Below are positions 1 through 17,766 of a DNA stretch of 64,000 nt, in pieces. The stretch lies in assembly GCF_009914755.1 (NCBI RefSeq), contig NC_060932.1; one strand, written 5' to 3'. A program made the position numbers and the translations under genes. The notes beneath the pieces are model-generated. The model was not told the DNA's origin. It saw nothing but the letters and a program-made list of their open reading frames with translations, and ran no database searches. This DNA comes from the human T2T-CHM13v2.0 reference genome, Homo sapiens. Numbering within the stretch: position 1 is the first letter of the stretch; every line of letters begins with the position of its first letter.

Positions 1-53
1 CTGAAATGATGTTTCCTGCAATTATTAACCGATATTTAAAAATACTGGCCTGA

Positions 54-333
54 GGCCGGGCACAGTGGCTCATGCCAGTAATCCCAGCACTCTGGGAGGC
101 TAGGGTGGCAGGATCACTTGAGGTGAGCCTCGTCAACATGGTGAAACCCTGTCTCTACTAAAAATACAAAAATTAGCCAGGCGTGGTGACGGGCGCCTGT
201 AATCCCAGCTGAGGCAGGAGAACTGCTTGAGCCCGAGAGATAGAGGCTGCAGTGAGCCGAGGTTGCACCACTGCACTGCAGCCTGGATGACAGAGCAAGA
301 CTCCATCTCAAAATAAATAAAAATAAAATAAAA
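54..333 (+). mobile_element. AluS
   Basis: Alu dimer with A-tail, TACTGGCC TSD. Confidence 0.9.
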
Positions 334-931
334 TTACTGGCCGGAAATCAGAAGAACGTTTTGGTTAGGATAGCAACCTCTGTCTTACACCACATTCATA
401 CTTTCATATTCAAAGTTCTCTTAGCTGCAAAAGTGTTTTGTCCTTTGAATACAATGCTTTTTACCACCTATGGTTGCTCTGTGGAGATCTGCCTCAAACA
501 GTGGAAGACACTTGCATTTAAAATAGTCAAGTGAGTCTTTCCACTTAAAAACAATGGTTTTAAGAAACAAATGACCAGGATTTTCAAAAGTTTCATTGTT
601 ACACAAATTGTATTATTCATTCAACTATGGGAGATGGTATAAACATAAGTGGCTTTGGGGTGAGTCTGGTTTTGAATTACAGCACTATACACCGTGTGAA
701 CTACTTAATCTCAATGATTCAGTTATCTCACCTGTAAGGCAGAGACCTCTAAGATTATTGAGAAAAAATACAGGTAAGCACTTAGGAGTAAGCACTTAAA
801 TGTTTATTTCTATTATCACAATAACACCAGACACCATGCTAGAAGCTGGAAGCACAATATTCTGGTAATTCATAATCTAGCTGTAGAGACAAGGCTATCA
901 TTCCTTCCATTACAATACACTTTACAAGAAT

Positions 932-1221
932 TGCAGGGCACAGTGGCTCACTCCTGTAATCCCAACACTTTGGGAGGCTGAGGTGGGAGGATCACTTCTT
1001 GAGTCCAGGAGTTTGAGACCACCCCGGTGAACATGAGATCCTGCCTCTACAAAAAAATTTAAAAGTTAACCAGGTGTGGTGGCACACCCCTATAGTCCCA
1101 GCTACTTGGAAGGCTGAGACAGGAGGATCATCTGAGTCCAGGAGTTTGAGGCTGCAGTGATCTGTAATTGAATTATACCACTGTACTCTAGGACAGGGTG
1201 ACAGTGAGGCTGTCTCAAAAA
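932..1221 (+). mobile_element. AluJ
   Basis: Diverged Alu dimer. Confidence 0.85.
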
Positions 1222-1688
1222 GAGTAACACTGCCTAATCACGTCTTTCACTTTTCGGTAACTTTAACCCCCTCTATGTATGCAGAGATGAAGGCCATAAA
1301 CACATGCAGTTACTTAAGAGTGAACCAGTCACTTAAGATGTAAAATTTTAAAGCTGTACTAAAAACTTAAATTTTTTTAGGAAAGGTGTTGATAAATGCT
1401 ACTAAAAGTAGTAATCTATCTTTTGTAGGTAGTAACTTTCTACCTGGGTAATATGCTGAACTAAGCAGTTCCCTGGGAATTAAAATGGCAGTTAAGCACT
1501 TCTTTCCCCAAAGCTGAACACTGAATTAACCATAAAACAACTTTAAAGCTATTTGTTAGAACCCACAAGTAACAGGAGGGCTGGGTAAACAGCAGTCAGG
1601 CTGCTTACTGGCCTAATGATAGACCAAAAGAACCAAACAAGTGGCAAGTGTTTCTGGTGAGATGCTGACCATAAGAGTTGAGAAAGGT

Positions 1689-2033
<345 letters not shown>

Positions 2034-2121
2034 CTAATTAAGATTTAAAAACCCAAAACCAAGCAAGACTGGATTAAAGATTAAATTTAAAGGGGCTAAC
2101 ACTGTAGCTCAAAAAAAGCTA

Positions 2122-2454
<333 letters not shown>

Positions 2455-2770
2455 TCAGCCTCAATGGGGTGATATACCTACTAGAAAGGACGTTATTCCA
2501 CAATCAGGAATCAAAGTTATGGCGAGTATACTAGAAACTGTCAGGATAATGGAAAGAACAGGACATGAATGGCTCCAAGAGACAAGACCAATTAAATTTA
2601 GCAAGAGGGAAGATTTCTGTTCAGTATGAGAAAACTTATGAGTGGTCCAGTACTGGAACCTGCTCAGTGAATTCCCTCTTTTCACATAAAGGTAAAACAG
2701 GAAACTAAAGAGGGTAACTTAGGTATTTTGTAGAGGAGATTCATAAAGAAGATGTCATCTGTTTCTTTTA

Positions 2771-3340
2771 AAAAAATTTTAATTGACAAAATAGTTGTAA
2801 ATATTTTGGGGGTGCATGTGATATTGATACATGCATACAATATATAATGATCAAATCAGAGTAACTGGGATATCCATCACCTCAAACATTGATTTTTTTT
2901 TTTTTTTTTTGAGACAGTCTTGCTCTGGCACCCAGGCTGGGGTGCAGTGGCGCAATGTCGGCTCACTGCAACCTCCTCCTCCTGAGTTCAAGCGTTTCTC
3001 CTGCCTTGGCCTCCTGAGTAGCTGGGATTACAGGCATGTGCCACCATACCCAGCTAACTTTTGTATCTTTAGTACCAATGGGGTTTCGCCATGTTGGCCA
3101 GGCTGGTCTTGAACTTCTGACTTCAGGTGATCCACCTGCCTCAGCCTCCCAAAGTGCTGGGAATACAGGCGTAAAGCCACTGCACCTGGCCTCAAACATT
3201 GATCTTCTATTTGTGTTAGGAGCACTGCAATTCTTCTAGCTACTTTGGTAGAATAAATAAATGTTAACTATAATTTCCCTACTGTACTATTGAATACTAG
3301 AACTTATTTCTACTATCTAACCGGATTTTTGTACACGTGG
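2771..3340 (-). mobile_element. L1MA-type 3' end interrupted by Alu
   Basis: GATCAAATCAGAGTAACTGGGATATCCATCACCTCAAACATT resumes after Alu (TSD CTCAAACATTGAT). Confidence 0.7.
2893..3191 (-). mobile_element. AluS
   Basis: Reverse Alu, TSD CTCAAACATTGAT. Confidence 0.9.
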
Positions 3341-3784
3341 TCTTTTTCAATTCTAAGGGAAGTCAGAGTTCACAGAATTAATTTAATGGTAACATAAAAG
3401 AGGCAATTAAGTATGTTGCTTTGTCAAACTGACCGAAGAATAACAAATCCAAGTTTTCCAGATTTGGAAGCCAGAAGATAAAACCCAATGTAGGAAGAAT
3501 AGAAAAAAATGAATAAAAGAACAAAAGAAAAAGGAAGCAGCAGTTACAACAAAGCAGAAAAAAACATGGAGGTGCACCAAGTAGAGAATGGAAGGGAGGA
3601 AAGGGCTGATAGCTACTTTCAAAATATGCAATAACTTCAGAGAATATCCTGCTCAACACAGAAATAAACCTCCTAAATTTCGTTCACCTACAATAGTACA
3701 ATGAAAGCAATCATGACTGAAATAAAGTCTGAAGTAAAAAGGGGAGGGAGTGGGCACACCATAATATAAGGAAGTATACACTAA

Positions 3785-4087
<303 letters not shown>

Positions 4088-4352
4088 AACTCCAACTGTA
4101 AAACAAGGGCTAGGTTGACTGAAGGTTCAACTTGTAAAATTTTTCAATTATCACAGTACCTTAAGTTTTTAAACCAAATCTAAATGGTTTTGAGGTCAAA
4201 CAAAATTCAAGCACATCCTACACTCAAGCTAAATCAAGGCTAAATGTTAATCTGTTGAATCTTCCTGAAATATAATCTCATTTAGAAATCCACAGTATTT
4301 CCTCAGTTTACTTCAAAATGTGGATGTAAGTTTTACTTTTTTCCCTCCCATT

Positions 4353-4430
4353 AATTTTTTTAATTTTTATTTAGAGATGAGGTCTTGCTCTGTCACACAG
4401 GCTGGAATGCAGTGGCCCCATCATAGCTTG
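4353..4430 (-). mobile_element. Alu 3' fragment
   Basis: T-tract + GAGGTCTTGCTCTGTCACACAGGCTGGAATGCAGTGG. Confidence 0.75.
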
Positions 4431-5689
4431 CCCTGCTCCCATTAACTTTTAAATATGTTTTTTCATGACAGCCACTGTCTTTTAAAGATATCATGGCCAA
4501 CATTTTAGAAAATACCCAAGATTAATTTGCTGAATTAGAGTTAATGCATTTATACAGCATTCACCCTAATAATATTAAGTGGGATAAGAAATCATTTACT
4601 CAGCAGCAAAATGCCACAAGAAGCCGGTATCTAATACTCTTTGGTAAACAGCTCCTAATCCAGAGTTAAATATGTGATATGGGCTCTGAAGAGAGGACAC
4701 TAATCCTTAACCTAACCAACAGGTAAATTACATGAAATTTGAGATTTTAGAGATAAAAGAGATTTTTCTCTCTACTGCACCATAGTATAATTAACCTCTT
4801 AGATTGTGAAAACACTTCCAAGAGATGGGGTTCAAATAACATTTTTCCTCCCAAGCCAGTTTCCAAAAGATGCCTTAATCCAAAGATAGTCTATATTTAC
4901 AATGATGTTTTGTCTTTAAAATTAAGTCTATTAAAATTAAGGAACCACATAAATTGACAGGTCATCTGTTTCTGATCCCTTCTTGGCATAGACTCAACCT
5001 GATCCCACTAATATGAATTTTATAAACACTCACTCCTGCCTGTAGTCAAATATTCCTAATGAAAAGTTAATGAACTGAGAGTCTATCTCTAGTGATATGC
5101 CTTTCTCACTGGTCTTTCAGTATGATTACCCCTAAACCACCAAAACTGCTGCCTGAGCTGGTGGCAAGACTTTAACCTTTCGGGCATTCAACACTTGTTA
5201 GAAGAAAAGCTTGATGTAATGCAAATCGTATAAACTCTAAAACCAGGCAGACTTGAAATTCCACCCTAACCCATTAATTTTGAGAATTTACACAATAGCT
5301 AATCTTTATTTTCTCATCTATATGAAAATCCACATCAAAAGGCTGTTATGAGGTCTAAATGAACATATAAACAGGAGGGCACCATTCACAGCTCCCAACC
5401 GAGAGTAGGCATTCTACTCACTGGTTGCTCAGTTATGTGAAAATAAAGTATGGAGATTCTGACATTCAAAAATCTGCTTTAGTGCTCTTGTACTCTTAAG
5501 TACATCATTTTGGCTTTGGTAATCTAAAATTTGTATAACTAGGAAAAATGGTGAAGTAGGATGCAAAAAAGTTTTCATTCAAAAACACAGGATTAAGACA
5601 TATCAAAGAACAAAAGAAAAAAGAACAAAAGAAAAAAAGAACATTTCCTTTAGTATTTATTTTCTCTTTTTAAACAACAGACTTGTTAG

Positions 5690-5900
5690 GAACACAAACT
5701 ATGGAGACAGACTGCTTACTGCCTAAATTCAAACTCTGTCACCTTGACAAAACTCTGAAATCTTCCTGGGTCTCAGATTCTCATCTGTAAAAGGCAAATA
5801 TTAGTAGTAGACATAATGCACAAGGTTGTTGTAAGGATTAAATGAATTAACATATAATAAGCATTTAGCAGAGTCTGGCAAATAGTAAGCAACAAAGAAG
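5690..5900 (+). mobile_element. MIR
   Basis: GTCTCAGATTCTCATCTGTAAAA...GTTGTTGTAAGGATTAAATGA core. Confidence 0.7.
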
Positions 5901-6769
5901 TGCTGCCATCCTTTTGGAAGGTGAAAGTCTAGTGTCAACCACATTAGACTTCAAGTACTGTTTGTACTGCAGTAACTGATCTTAACCCACCCACTCACCC
6001 ACCCAAAAACCACCTTAGCTCAGAACTCCCTCTTATGTGAAATAATTTCCTAATATTTAAGTAATATTACCTTATTTCTCCCAACCATGGTACATATATA
6101 CTACCTCTATAAATAGGTACATTTTCTAGGAAAAAACCCTAAACGGTAACAATACTTCAAATTTATGGCTTAAAAGTTTGTCTCAAGACACTTTTACAGT
6201 CATAAAAAAGTAGAAAACTAAGATCATGGTGGTAGTAATTATTTTCCAAAGTTCTCATTTTTGCTCCAAAGCTTCAATTTTATCTGTCAAAAATATCATT
6301 TTCCCTTAAAGTGAGAGGCTCAATTCATTTAAGATATTTGTCGAATACCTAGGTCTGAATACCCACAGCTTATCTGCCTGCAGTTCTTTGAAGAAAAAAG
6401 TGTTCCATAAAAAAAGAAAAGCAGCTAGTTTATCTCACAATTCAAATAACTGCAAGTGTTTTTCTTAGAGACAACCACTGGACTTCCCATTTTGCCTCAC
6501 TGAAAGATGTCTATTTAAGGGCTATTAATAAAATAATGTTTCAGATTCAAGGACATTAAAAAAAAAGTCTTTTTTCTTTTTAAAAGAAACAGTGAGTGCA
6601 TAATGGTAAAGAAATACAATAATCACTAGTACAGTATAGTATCACTGCCTTGATTAGCGATAAGGAACCAGTAAGTTTGAGCAACCCTTGGGTTTGCACC
6701 AGTGCTAAATGTCAACAAAGTGATAAGAATCAGTATTAACAGTATTTGCCATGAAAATAGTTGTGACCT

Positions 6770-7132
<363 letters not shown>

Positions 7133-7416
7133 TCACTTTTAACAACTGATTTAAAGTAACCTCTGCTATGTTGTACACCTTAAATATATATTTTTTTTGC
7201 CAATCGTACCTCAATAAAGCTGGAAAAATAAAATGAAAAGAATCTGTGCTAAATACCTCTCCATACCTAGCTCTAATGCTATGTTCTCCCTAAAGCTAAT
7301 TATTCAAAGCTATTCAGCTTCATCTACATTGTCTGTACAGATAGTGTGTAGTGTAGAGCTTTTTAACTGAAGAGAAAAAAGGGAAATATCCTAATTTCTG
7401 TCAATAAAGGACTAAC

Positions 7417-8018
<602 letters not shown>

Positions 8019-8116
8019 CTTTTTTTTTTTTTTTTTAAAAGGAGGGTCTGGCTAAGTAAGTTGCTACATACCCAAATAATAGAATACTATACAGACATTA
8101 AGAGTGAGGAGGTACG

Positions 8117-8392
8117 GGCTGGTTGTGGTGGCTCACGCCTGTAATCCCACACTTTAGGAGGCCAAGGTGGGTGGATCACCTGAGGTCAGGAGTTCGAGAC
8201 CAGCCTGGCTAACATGGCGAAACTCCGTCTCTACTAAAAATACAAAAATTAGCTGGGTGTGGTGGCAGGCGCCTGTAATCCCAGCTACTCAGGAGACTGA
8301 GACAGAAGAATCACTTGAACCCAGGAGGCAGAGGTTGTGCCATCTGCACTCCAACCTGGGCGATAGGGCGAGACTGTCTCCAAAAAACAAAA
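8117..8392 (+). mobile_element. AluS
   Basis: TSD AAGAGT(G/A)AGGAGGTAC. Confidence 0.9.
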
Positions 8393-8659
8393 GAGTAAGG
8401 AGGTACCTGTCAAAATGAAACATAAGATATACATCAAAGTGTGTAGTTTTGTACAATTTACCAAACTAAGTATATGATCCTTATTCTTCAAGGACAGAAT
8501 TGTTTACTTTGCACATAAATTCCCAGGATACACAAAGGACTAACAGAGATTACCTCCAAGAAGGCAGGATGAGGTTACAGCAGCTTTATTTTTTCCTTCT
8601 ACATGCTATGCTCTTAACACCTAAATTCTTAGGAGCAAGTACAATTTAAAATAAAGATT

Positions 8660-8857
8660 ACCAGCCTGGGTGACACCCCGTCTCTACTGGGAAAAAAAAA
8701 AAAATTGGATGTGGTGGCACACGACTGTAATCCCAGCTACTCGGGAGGCTGAGCCAGGAGAATTGCTTGAATGAACCCGGGAGGCAGAGGTTGCAGTGAG
8801 CCGAGATTGTGCCACTGCACTCCAATGAGTTAGACTCCATCTCAAATAAAACAAACA
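8660..8857 (+). mobile_element. 5'-truncated Alu
   Basis: Linker plus right arm. Confidence 0.8.
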
Positions 8858-10119
8858 ATTATGGTTTTGCACCTTTAACTTTTCACACACATATATACTC
8901 TTAACCTACTCATAGGCTCTATTAAAGGCACGTTCTACACATTTTAAGCACTCAAAAATATTAAACTCCCTGACTGAATAATATACGCATAACTGTAATA
9001 GCTTCATTTAAATAAAACATTTTAAAACTATCTTGGAGGATATTTTAATAGCTCAACATCCTAAAAACTATTTTTCAGAAAGTCTTCATCATCAAGAGTG
9101 TATTACCTTACCAAATTCCTAAATAGTTAAGACAAAACCTGATAGAAATTCAGGTTGACACTACATTCAATAATGAATATTCTGCTGTAAGAGACACAAC
9201 AATGTTCTACTTCTCTGAAAACCTAAGAGATTGCTCATTTAAAATATGTGAGTGCTGAACTAAACACATATATTCAGAAACAGCAGCAAAGGGGCAGGCT
9301 AAGCACCTCCTAATATGGATAAGCTCCAGGTTTCTATGTAATGAACAAAGAAGAACCTAAGAAAAATCCTGCAGAGAGAACTGGAAGAGAGTGTGAGGTT
9401 GCAAGGCAGAGTAAACTTGTTAAGAAGTCAAGGGTCCTAGATTATGGTACTAATTCTACTAACTAAGAGGCAAGACAGGCATTTCAAATACAAAACTATG
9501 ACCAGCCTCCTCCTCACCTTAATCTTCTTGTGTTTCACTACAGCATTAATTTCAAAATCTCCCTTCCAATGCCAGGAAATCTCCTCTAACATAATGAATT
9601 TCCCACCCCACCACTATCCCTTACATTTCTTTAAATTCAAGATCACTTTTTTTCTTAAAAAGTAATCAGAGAATTTATAAACTAAGGGTCCTTAGACCAA
9701 ACCCCAAAATTATGAACAAGAACTCAATCATTAAGTATTTGTACATTCACCTCAGTCCTGAAGAATAGCCAACCTGCCACTATACACTCAAACCACCGTG
9801 CTATGTGCTGAGATTTGGGCTTGCCAACTAGAACACAAGAAGCCAACTAATGAAAATAAATTCGAAAAAAAATTACAAGTTACAGAGCTGGGATCCTATT
9901 TTCCCCTTTGAAGAAGCAACCTATTCAGTATAAACAGAGGCAGCTTATTTAAAAAGCACTTTGGCAAAATAATTTAGTTTGTAACCTTTGACAAAGTAAT
10001 CATAATCTTAAGGCATATACCTTAAAAAAGATTCAATGGGTATTTTGCACCATGGGGTGTGTTTTCAGAAGTCCTAACAGCATAATGCACTATCTAAATA
10101 TAATTGGTTAAGTAACAGG

Positions 10120-10910
10120 ACAACACCACATGCCTCCTAATATAATGCACTGAGGAGGACACCATATCACTTCCAGGAGTTCTCACCAAAAACTGGCAAC
10201 CTAAATTTAATCATGAAGAATCACCAGACAGGCCGGGCACGGTGGCTCACTCCTTGGGAGGCTAAGGCGGCCAAATCACTTGAGGTCAGGAGTTTGAGAT
10301 CAGCCTGGCCAACATGGTGAAACCCCACCTCTACTAAAAACACAAAAATTAGCCAGGCATGGTGGCGGGTGCCTGTAATTCCAGCTACTGGGGAGGCTGA
10401 GGCAGGTGAATCGCTTGAACCTGGGAGGCAGAGGTTGCAAAGTGAGCCAGGATAGCTCGCCACTGAAGTCCAGCCTGGGGGACAGAGTGAGACTCCATCT
10501 CAAAACAAACAAACAAACAAAAAGGATCACCAGACAAATCGAAACTGAGAGACATTCTACAAAATAACCAGCCAGTACTCTTGAAAAAAGTTCCAAAATC
10601 ATTAGAGGCAAAGACTAAAACAAGACTGATCCACATTAAAGGAGAGTAAGGAGACATGTAAGCAAAATGCAAAGTGTAATTCTGGATGGAATTCTGGAGC
10701 AGAAACAGGAAATTACAGTAAAACAATTTGCTAAATTTAATTAAGATTATAGGTTACATAATAGTTTATCATTTACTTTAATCATTTTCCTGATTTTAAT
10801 AATTATACTGTAGTTATTAACATGTGGACAATCTGGCAAAATATATGAAAAACTCTTCATATTTTTCCAACCTCTTTCTAAATCTGAAATTATTTCAAAA
10901 TGAAAAGTTA
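10120..10910 (+). mobile_element. L1MC-type 3' UTR relic interrupted by Alu
   Basis: GAGACATTCTACAAAATAACCAGCCAGTACTCTT...CTAAATCTGAAATTATTTCAAAAT. Confidence 0.55.
10231..10523 (+). mobile_element. AluS
   Basis: TSD ATCACCAGACA. Confidence 0.9.
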
Positions 10911-11545
10911 ATACATTTTAAAGAAGTCCCTTTTAATTGTCTTTATTTCTGAAAGATACCCTTTTTCATACCCTTTATATGCTTTTTTTTTTTCAAATTT
11001 CCTTATGTGGCTGATACTACTTTTGTATTTAACACAGAAATGGTACAAAAACAATGATACATTTGTAAAGAAAAATATGTGGGGTGGAGAGAAAGTTCTC
11101 ATCTTGTCTTAAAACAGTATTTCACCAACTGGTCCTAATATTAAATTTAATTCGCACAAAGATAATTAGACATCGAGTGTCATTAGCAAATAGCAAATCC
11201 CCCCAGAATATCAAAGCAAAACAATCAACCTCTATTGAGACATTTATGAATTGAAATTTGCGAATACAGCTGGGCTAACTTTGACATGACCTCACCAAAT
11301 ATGTGAGTGGGAGAAAGATCAAGCCTCCATAACCCATTCTTCTGTTTTAGATTGTACTGTCATGGCTCTCTTCCAAAACAACAAATGAAGAGAGAGACAT
11401 TAGGACACAGACATGCCTGCTTTCATACAAAGCATACACACACCAGAAGTTAAAAGGTTGAGGTAGCAAGTAACTGAGGCATAAGAGCCCTCAAAAGTGA
11501 TTCTCAATAAGTACAGCACCCTAATTATAGTCTGAAACAAAAATC

Positions 11546-11841
<296 letters not shown>

Positions 11842-13074
11842 CCCCACTGTTTTCAATAAAATTAAAGCCACTTATTTTGTTATTCTGACAACTCCTCATC
11901 CCCCCCTACAAACCCAGTATCTTGATAGCAGATTAAATGTCATGTTTCAATCTACAATAAGATGATACTACATTAAGAGACTACAAATATTAATGCTTAC
12001 TGTATGACCTCATGTAAATAGCTGAACCCCTGAGCTGCAGTGTCTTGATCTGTTAAAATAAAAAGGCTAGATCAGATGTCCCTTTAACCCTAAAATTCAA
12101 TGACTCAATGAAATTTCTGTATACTTAAACATATTTCTACAAATCTATAAATTATGTAAAACTCCCAGTTTATATTATTCAATTTAAAAACTCACAAAAA
12201 TACCCCACAAATGTCATTTTAATAACATCCTCATTAATAGATTTAATTCCAACTCTTCAGCATAGTGTAGTTCAAATTTCTGGTCTTGTACAATTCTCTT
12301 ATGCAGAGATAATTTTCCTATAATTTTTATTCTGTAGAGACACTGGGCCTTGTATAAATCCTAGATCTCTTAAAATTTTAAAAAGAAATCATGCAAGAAG
12401 CCCATAATCTGTCACACATTAGGGGCCCATAGATTTAATCTCTTACTCCCCCTTGTGGCCGGAGTGGCTTCCATTCTTTGATTTGCAATTTCCTCACTTG
12501 CTTTCAACCAATTAGAAAAGTGCTCCACCAGAAATGCTAATGATTAGGAGGTGTCAAGAACTAATTTATTAAGTCTTTTAGACATTTTGACTTTAAATTA
12601 TTACCTTTCTATGCAATGTGGCCTAACAGAATAAGATTTTAAGCTGTGAACATATGTTCTATAAATAAGGTCATCTATAAGCAGGCTTGTGCCTAATCAC
12701 TTAACGCATTTTCCATTAATAGATGGCAAATCTGCACTTTTAATCAACAAGAAATCTGGCAAAGCAAGATGTTCCTGATGTTCAAGAACTGTTAAAGCCA
12801 GCCTAAAACTTTATTAATATAATTCCTGTTAAAAGAGTAGCTGCTCCCTGATATTTACCCCAAAACAAAAGATACCTACACTAAACAATGCTGATAGAAA
12901 GCCCCATCTGTTCTGTTCTAAAACTTTTTTTTTTTAATCAACTGGGTGAAAGGGCTAGCAGGAAGTGAGAATAAAAACTGCCAAATTAAATCAGGTTCAG
13001 AGAATTGTCTCCCTCCGAATCATGAATGCTAGCAAAATAATCCTAGAAGGAATCAGTGTTTTAAGAACATCTAA

Positions 13075-13378
<304 letters not shown>

Positions 13379-13436
13379 GGAACATCTGAAAACAAATTTT
13401 GAAATGTTGTTCCTAAAGATTAAAAGTGAAATACTA

Positions 13437-13812
<376 letters not shown>

Positions 13813-15188
13813 TCAAAAAGAACTTAATGAGTAGTTAAGTATAAACTTAAAAATTATTGACACTCACTGAAGGCGTTCCTCTTCTCCCCTCCCCCAGGAT
13901 CTAGGCCTGCGCTGAAGTTTCTCACAAACCAAGGCCCAATTTACCAGTATTTCCCTCACGATGCTTTTTGTTGTTGTTGGTGGTGGTAGTTAAAACGCCT
14001 CATTTTTCATAGGGCTTTTTAGCTTGTAAGTGGCACGCTATGTATTATGGATAAACTACATGGGGGACTATATTTTATCAGCCCCTTTTTAAAAAAGGCT
14101 AAAGACCAGCTTTTCTATGTTCAATGAATTTGCAGTACTTTTCCCTCTTTGACTTGTATTATTTGTGCACGTCTATTTCCCTCTCCAGACTGAAGAGCAG
14201 GGGCTTTTACATTTATTTTTGTAATAGCCCAGGGCTTATAAAATAGCAAGTTGTCAAATATTAAATAAAAAATTTCAGCTTTCTAAAGTTCTCTTAAATT
14301 TAATCCAAAATTTATAAATGAAACCACAATAAAGTGATATCACAGAGGTACAAAAGGTAAAGCAGTGTATTTGCTATTTAACACCACCACAGGGGTGTGT
14401 TAATTCAACAATTTCCTCAAAACATCCTAGAGGTAGATAGTATTATTCCCATTTTGAAGATGTGGAAACAGAGTCACAGACAAATGCAGTAAAACTTGCC
14501 CCAAATCACACAATGAATCAAAAATTCAAAAAGACTGCATGGCTCATGCTAAGTTTTATCACCTCTCTTAAAGTAAGGTAGTATACACTTTAGTATCCTT
14601 TATTTTTAGAAATGTTACACAGGGATATGCTTAAAGTTTTATCTCTGCTCCAATTAAAGAAAAAGAGCCTGATGCTAGTCCTCCATTAGATGGCAACAAT
14701 CAAAGGGCAACTGGGAAGGAAAAGTCGTTACTCTTACAAAAAGCAGATTGCTTGAGTTGTCTTATTTCTAAACATCTTCCTAACACAATGCTAAAGGACT
14801 CATCAAATTGTTGAATTGAGAACTTGCCTGTTCTAGGCAAGAACTACAGCTTGCCTATATAATACTACCTTCAACTGTCAATTCCACAGAATCACATTTT
14901 AAGTAGGTATTTTGCATAATATTTTCATCAAGTGTCTCTTGGTTGAATGTGGTCCAAGTATGTCATTCTAAACTGGACAATGTTTATTACGTTTAAGGAG
15001 CAAAAAAATTATAAGCTGAGTGTTCATAAGTCTTGGATCAACAAATAGGTCTGTCTCAGAAAAGCGTTTGTAATTAATCACTTAGATGAGAAACATTCCG
15101 CATACCAGTGGGTTCCTTGGTATAACGCTAATTTTTAAAAACTCTAGATCCCAAAAATTGTTTGCAAGTTAGAAATTAACTGCCACTA

Positions 15189-15524
<336 letters not shown>

Positions 15525-17401
15525 TCTCTAACTTCCCAACTCATTAAACGATTAAAATAAAATACTAATACAACAAAAATTGGGCAGTCCCTGCAAATTT
15601 AATGCAATAATCCTTCTTAGATTTTAAAATTCAACACATGCATACAGGCCAACCCATTAAGCAAATCTTATGTTGGTCCGCTTAACTTTATAGATTAATA
15701 CTTGGCTGAAACTATCCTTATATTCTTTTACCTGTTGTTACCACTGTAAGCACATTTTTATTTGGGGAAGGAAGGCTCACAACAAATCCTGTCAAAAGAA
15801 ATCCACAAGAGCTTACATGCTGAAACTTTTTAATAACCTATCCAATGTAAACAAAAGGGCAGGTGTCACACAAAATGATCTTACTGATATCAAGTCAGCT
15901 ATATTCATCCACATGGCTTTGGTGCCTGAATGGCAATAGAAAAAAAAACTAGTGAAATCTGCCAATATGTAAAACTCTATCCTACACTACACTACTACTT
16001 CTATCACATTATACCTTACCAGAAAACAAAACTAAATCAATGACAACTGCTATTGCACAGTAACTTTCACATATACAAGCTTTTCATAATTAAATGGAAT
16101 TACTGACTAGAGAACAAGTGAATGATCGGTTACATAGAAATACACATAATAAAAAAGAGAGAACTGCTGATACGACCGTTCTTCCCACACCAAAATTTAC
16201 ATTTGTGCCATCTAAATATCAAAGCATATACTCCTTCAGTGTACTTTACAAATACACAAATGTTTTCAAGGAGAAAAGAACAGAGCCAATCTTCTGATGC
16301 TGAAAGACAGATAATCAAGATTAAAATAAGTCCTAAATCGAGTAATGAAGCAGAAACCCTCAGGCCATAAAGATGGTAATTAGCAACAGTTTGTATCAGG
16401 GATAGTGAGACGACCAAACTAAAGCTAAAAGCCTCTTGCAGGGAATTCTGGCAAGGATCAAGCAAATAGATGGAATGAAATCAGCATTTTAGAAAGATTA
16501 GAATAAGAAATACATGCAACATAGAACTGAAAAAGGAAAAATAAGAGTAACAAGTCCAAGTGAATGACCACAAGCAGCAGTAAAAAGATGTTTATAATTT
16601 AGCTTTTGTCCATTAAAAGCACATCAAGTTTATCCATACAGTATCATTTTCCTATTTGGCAATGTGCACTTTTCTGAGTATAATCCTGGGAACTATACAA
16701 TTCAGCGTGAATGTAAAGGATAGGGAACCAATGATATGGGAAACATCAACAGCTTGTAATCTGAAAATTAAGTCAAAGTTGAGTCCAACATGTCGTGTGA
16801 TTAAGTCTAGAAAACATGCTAAAATTGGGTAGTTATAAAGAACAGGCAGTTTCAAAAGGAAAAGGAATGCTGGCTTTGAGTATATTGAAACTGACAGCAG
16901 TTCTAAGTCCCCTAAAACCTTGAGCGGTGTTTATTCTCTATGTGGAACTGTCAAGAGTAAAGCAAAAGCTATGGGAACTAGAATGAAATCACAATAGGGA
17001 ACCAGGAATTCTACAAAAAATTCTAAGAAACTTATTAGAATTTCAATAAACTATATGCTAACTTTTAAAACTTACTTGATATCAGAACACCTGTCATTCT
17101 GACTTAAAAATTCTCACACACACATTCAATATAAATATGCCAAGAGTAACTTATTTTGGAATCAAAAATTTGAGAAATTAATCCAAAAGTCCAATGACAT
17201 TTAATTCAGTATTATAAAGACAGAGCTAGTTTCCCTTCCCATCAAACAGCAAAGGCCTCTACACCTTTCCATTCCCTTTCCTTTATTTTCATCATTTCCA
17301 CTTCATATACCTCAGACTTTTTGTATTTGTACAAAATATGTCATTGGGTGTGGCACTTTACATTAAAAAAAACTGAACTTTATTACCAAAGACACTGTCC
17401 A

Positions 17402-17766
<365 letters not shown>

